In this document: positions 63,551-64,000 of the stretch, piece after piece
Numbering within the stretch: position 1 is the first letter of the stretch
Layout of the letters: each line of letters begins with the position of its first letter
Position numbers and translations under genes: made by a program
Source: a virus
Direction: 5' to 3' (one strand)
DNA length: 64,000 nt
IMG/VR virus record: IMGVR_UViG_3300032073_000011
Location: 38,193-102,192 of that record
The notes under the pieces: generated by a model
Told to the model about the DNA's origin: nothing
The model's database searches: none
The model's input: only the letters and a program-made list of their open reading frames with translations

Positions 63551-64000
63551 ATGGATAAGAAAGAATTCACAAAAAAACAACTTAAAAAACAGTTAACCAC
63601 ATTAACTGAAGAAAAAAGTGCACGTTCTGAAACTGCACTAAAAAAAGATTTAAAAAACTCGTTTGACGCGTTAAAAAAATTAGACCAGGTTACTACAGGT
63701 CAAAAAATAGGTGATGTTACAATAACAAAAGCTATGAACAAAAAAATTAAGAACGCTAAAAGATATATAGAGGATTTATATGATAATATAACTGATGGTG
63801 AAATACAAGAAAAAGAACAGAACGAAGAAAACGAAGTAACTGAAAGAAATGAACAATCTGAAGGTCATGGAAAAATGTATAATGCTTTACAAGGTGTAAG
63901 AGAAGGTAAGGTTGTTAAGATTAACCAAGGTACACTTAAAAGAATTGTAGAAAGAGTTATTAAAGAACAGGAGGTAACTGGTTTACCTATCGCATTTAAA
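63551..64000 (+). CDS. Partial charged protein (runs off window), possible head-internal protein
   Basis: Not in the ORF track. Open frame MDKKEFTKKQLKKQL...GKVVKINQGTLKRIVERVIKEQ... for 150 codons. Confidence 0.7.
   Translation, partial: MDKKEFTKKQLKKQLTTLTEEKSARSETALKKDLKNSFDALKKLDQVTTGQKIGDVTITKAMNKKIKNAKRYIEDLYDNITDGEIQEKEQNEENEVTERNEQSEGHGKMYNALQGVREGKVVKINQGTLKRIVERVIKEQEVTGLPIAFK

Noticed and set aside
1-64000. Stop-codon reassignment as in some Bacteroidota phages
   Set aside because: Genes are full length under the standard code; TAA, TAG and TGA all end genes at sensible boundaries.

Overview
This AT-rich 64 kb window is part of a large (probably jumbo) contractile-tailed dsDNA phage genome. 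Almost all genes lie on the minus strand. In transcription order they are: neck and tail-terminator proteins, an enlarged tail sheath, several acidic putative head-internal proteins, tail tube, tail assembly chaperone, tape measure, tube-initiator/LysM/hub proteins (the hub has an M23 domain), an embedded replication block (gp32-like SSB, RecA/UvsX, SlyD-like PPIase, 5'-3' exonuclease, DnaB-like helicase, class II RNR, DUF5522), then baseplate wedge genes and very large distal tail proteins. A Bacteroidota (probably Flavobacteria-like) host is suggested by TTTG-N20-TAnnTTTG-type promoters, A-rich leaders without obvious Shine-Dalgarno sites, SprB-like repeats and a lipoprotein. Main observations: (1) a 2918-aa cysteine/proline-rich modular tail protein with about 7 CBM5/12-like modules and more than 20 Cys-knotted repeats, translationally coupled to an orphan nucleotidyltransferase; (2) a tail-chaperone G/GT junction that needs a +1 (not -1) frameshift at UUU_UUU_CGU_C, the motif known from influenza PA-X; (3) a [ST]-[GA]-x-[ST] motif enriched in outer virion proteins, possibly a modification sequon; (4) a sense-strand TATTTAT putative late promoter upstream of 16 genes; (5) a short amphipathic motif shared by unrelated late proteins, possibly a capsid-targeting signal; (6) an unannotated ribbon-helix-helix gene with a direct-repeat operator. 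No tRNA, rRNA, CRISPR array, integrase or intein was seen. All family assignments come from motif recognition by eye, not database searches.
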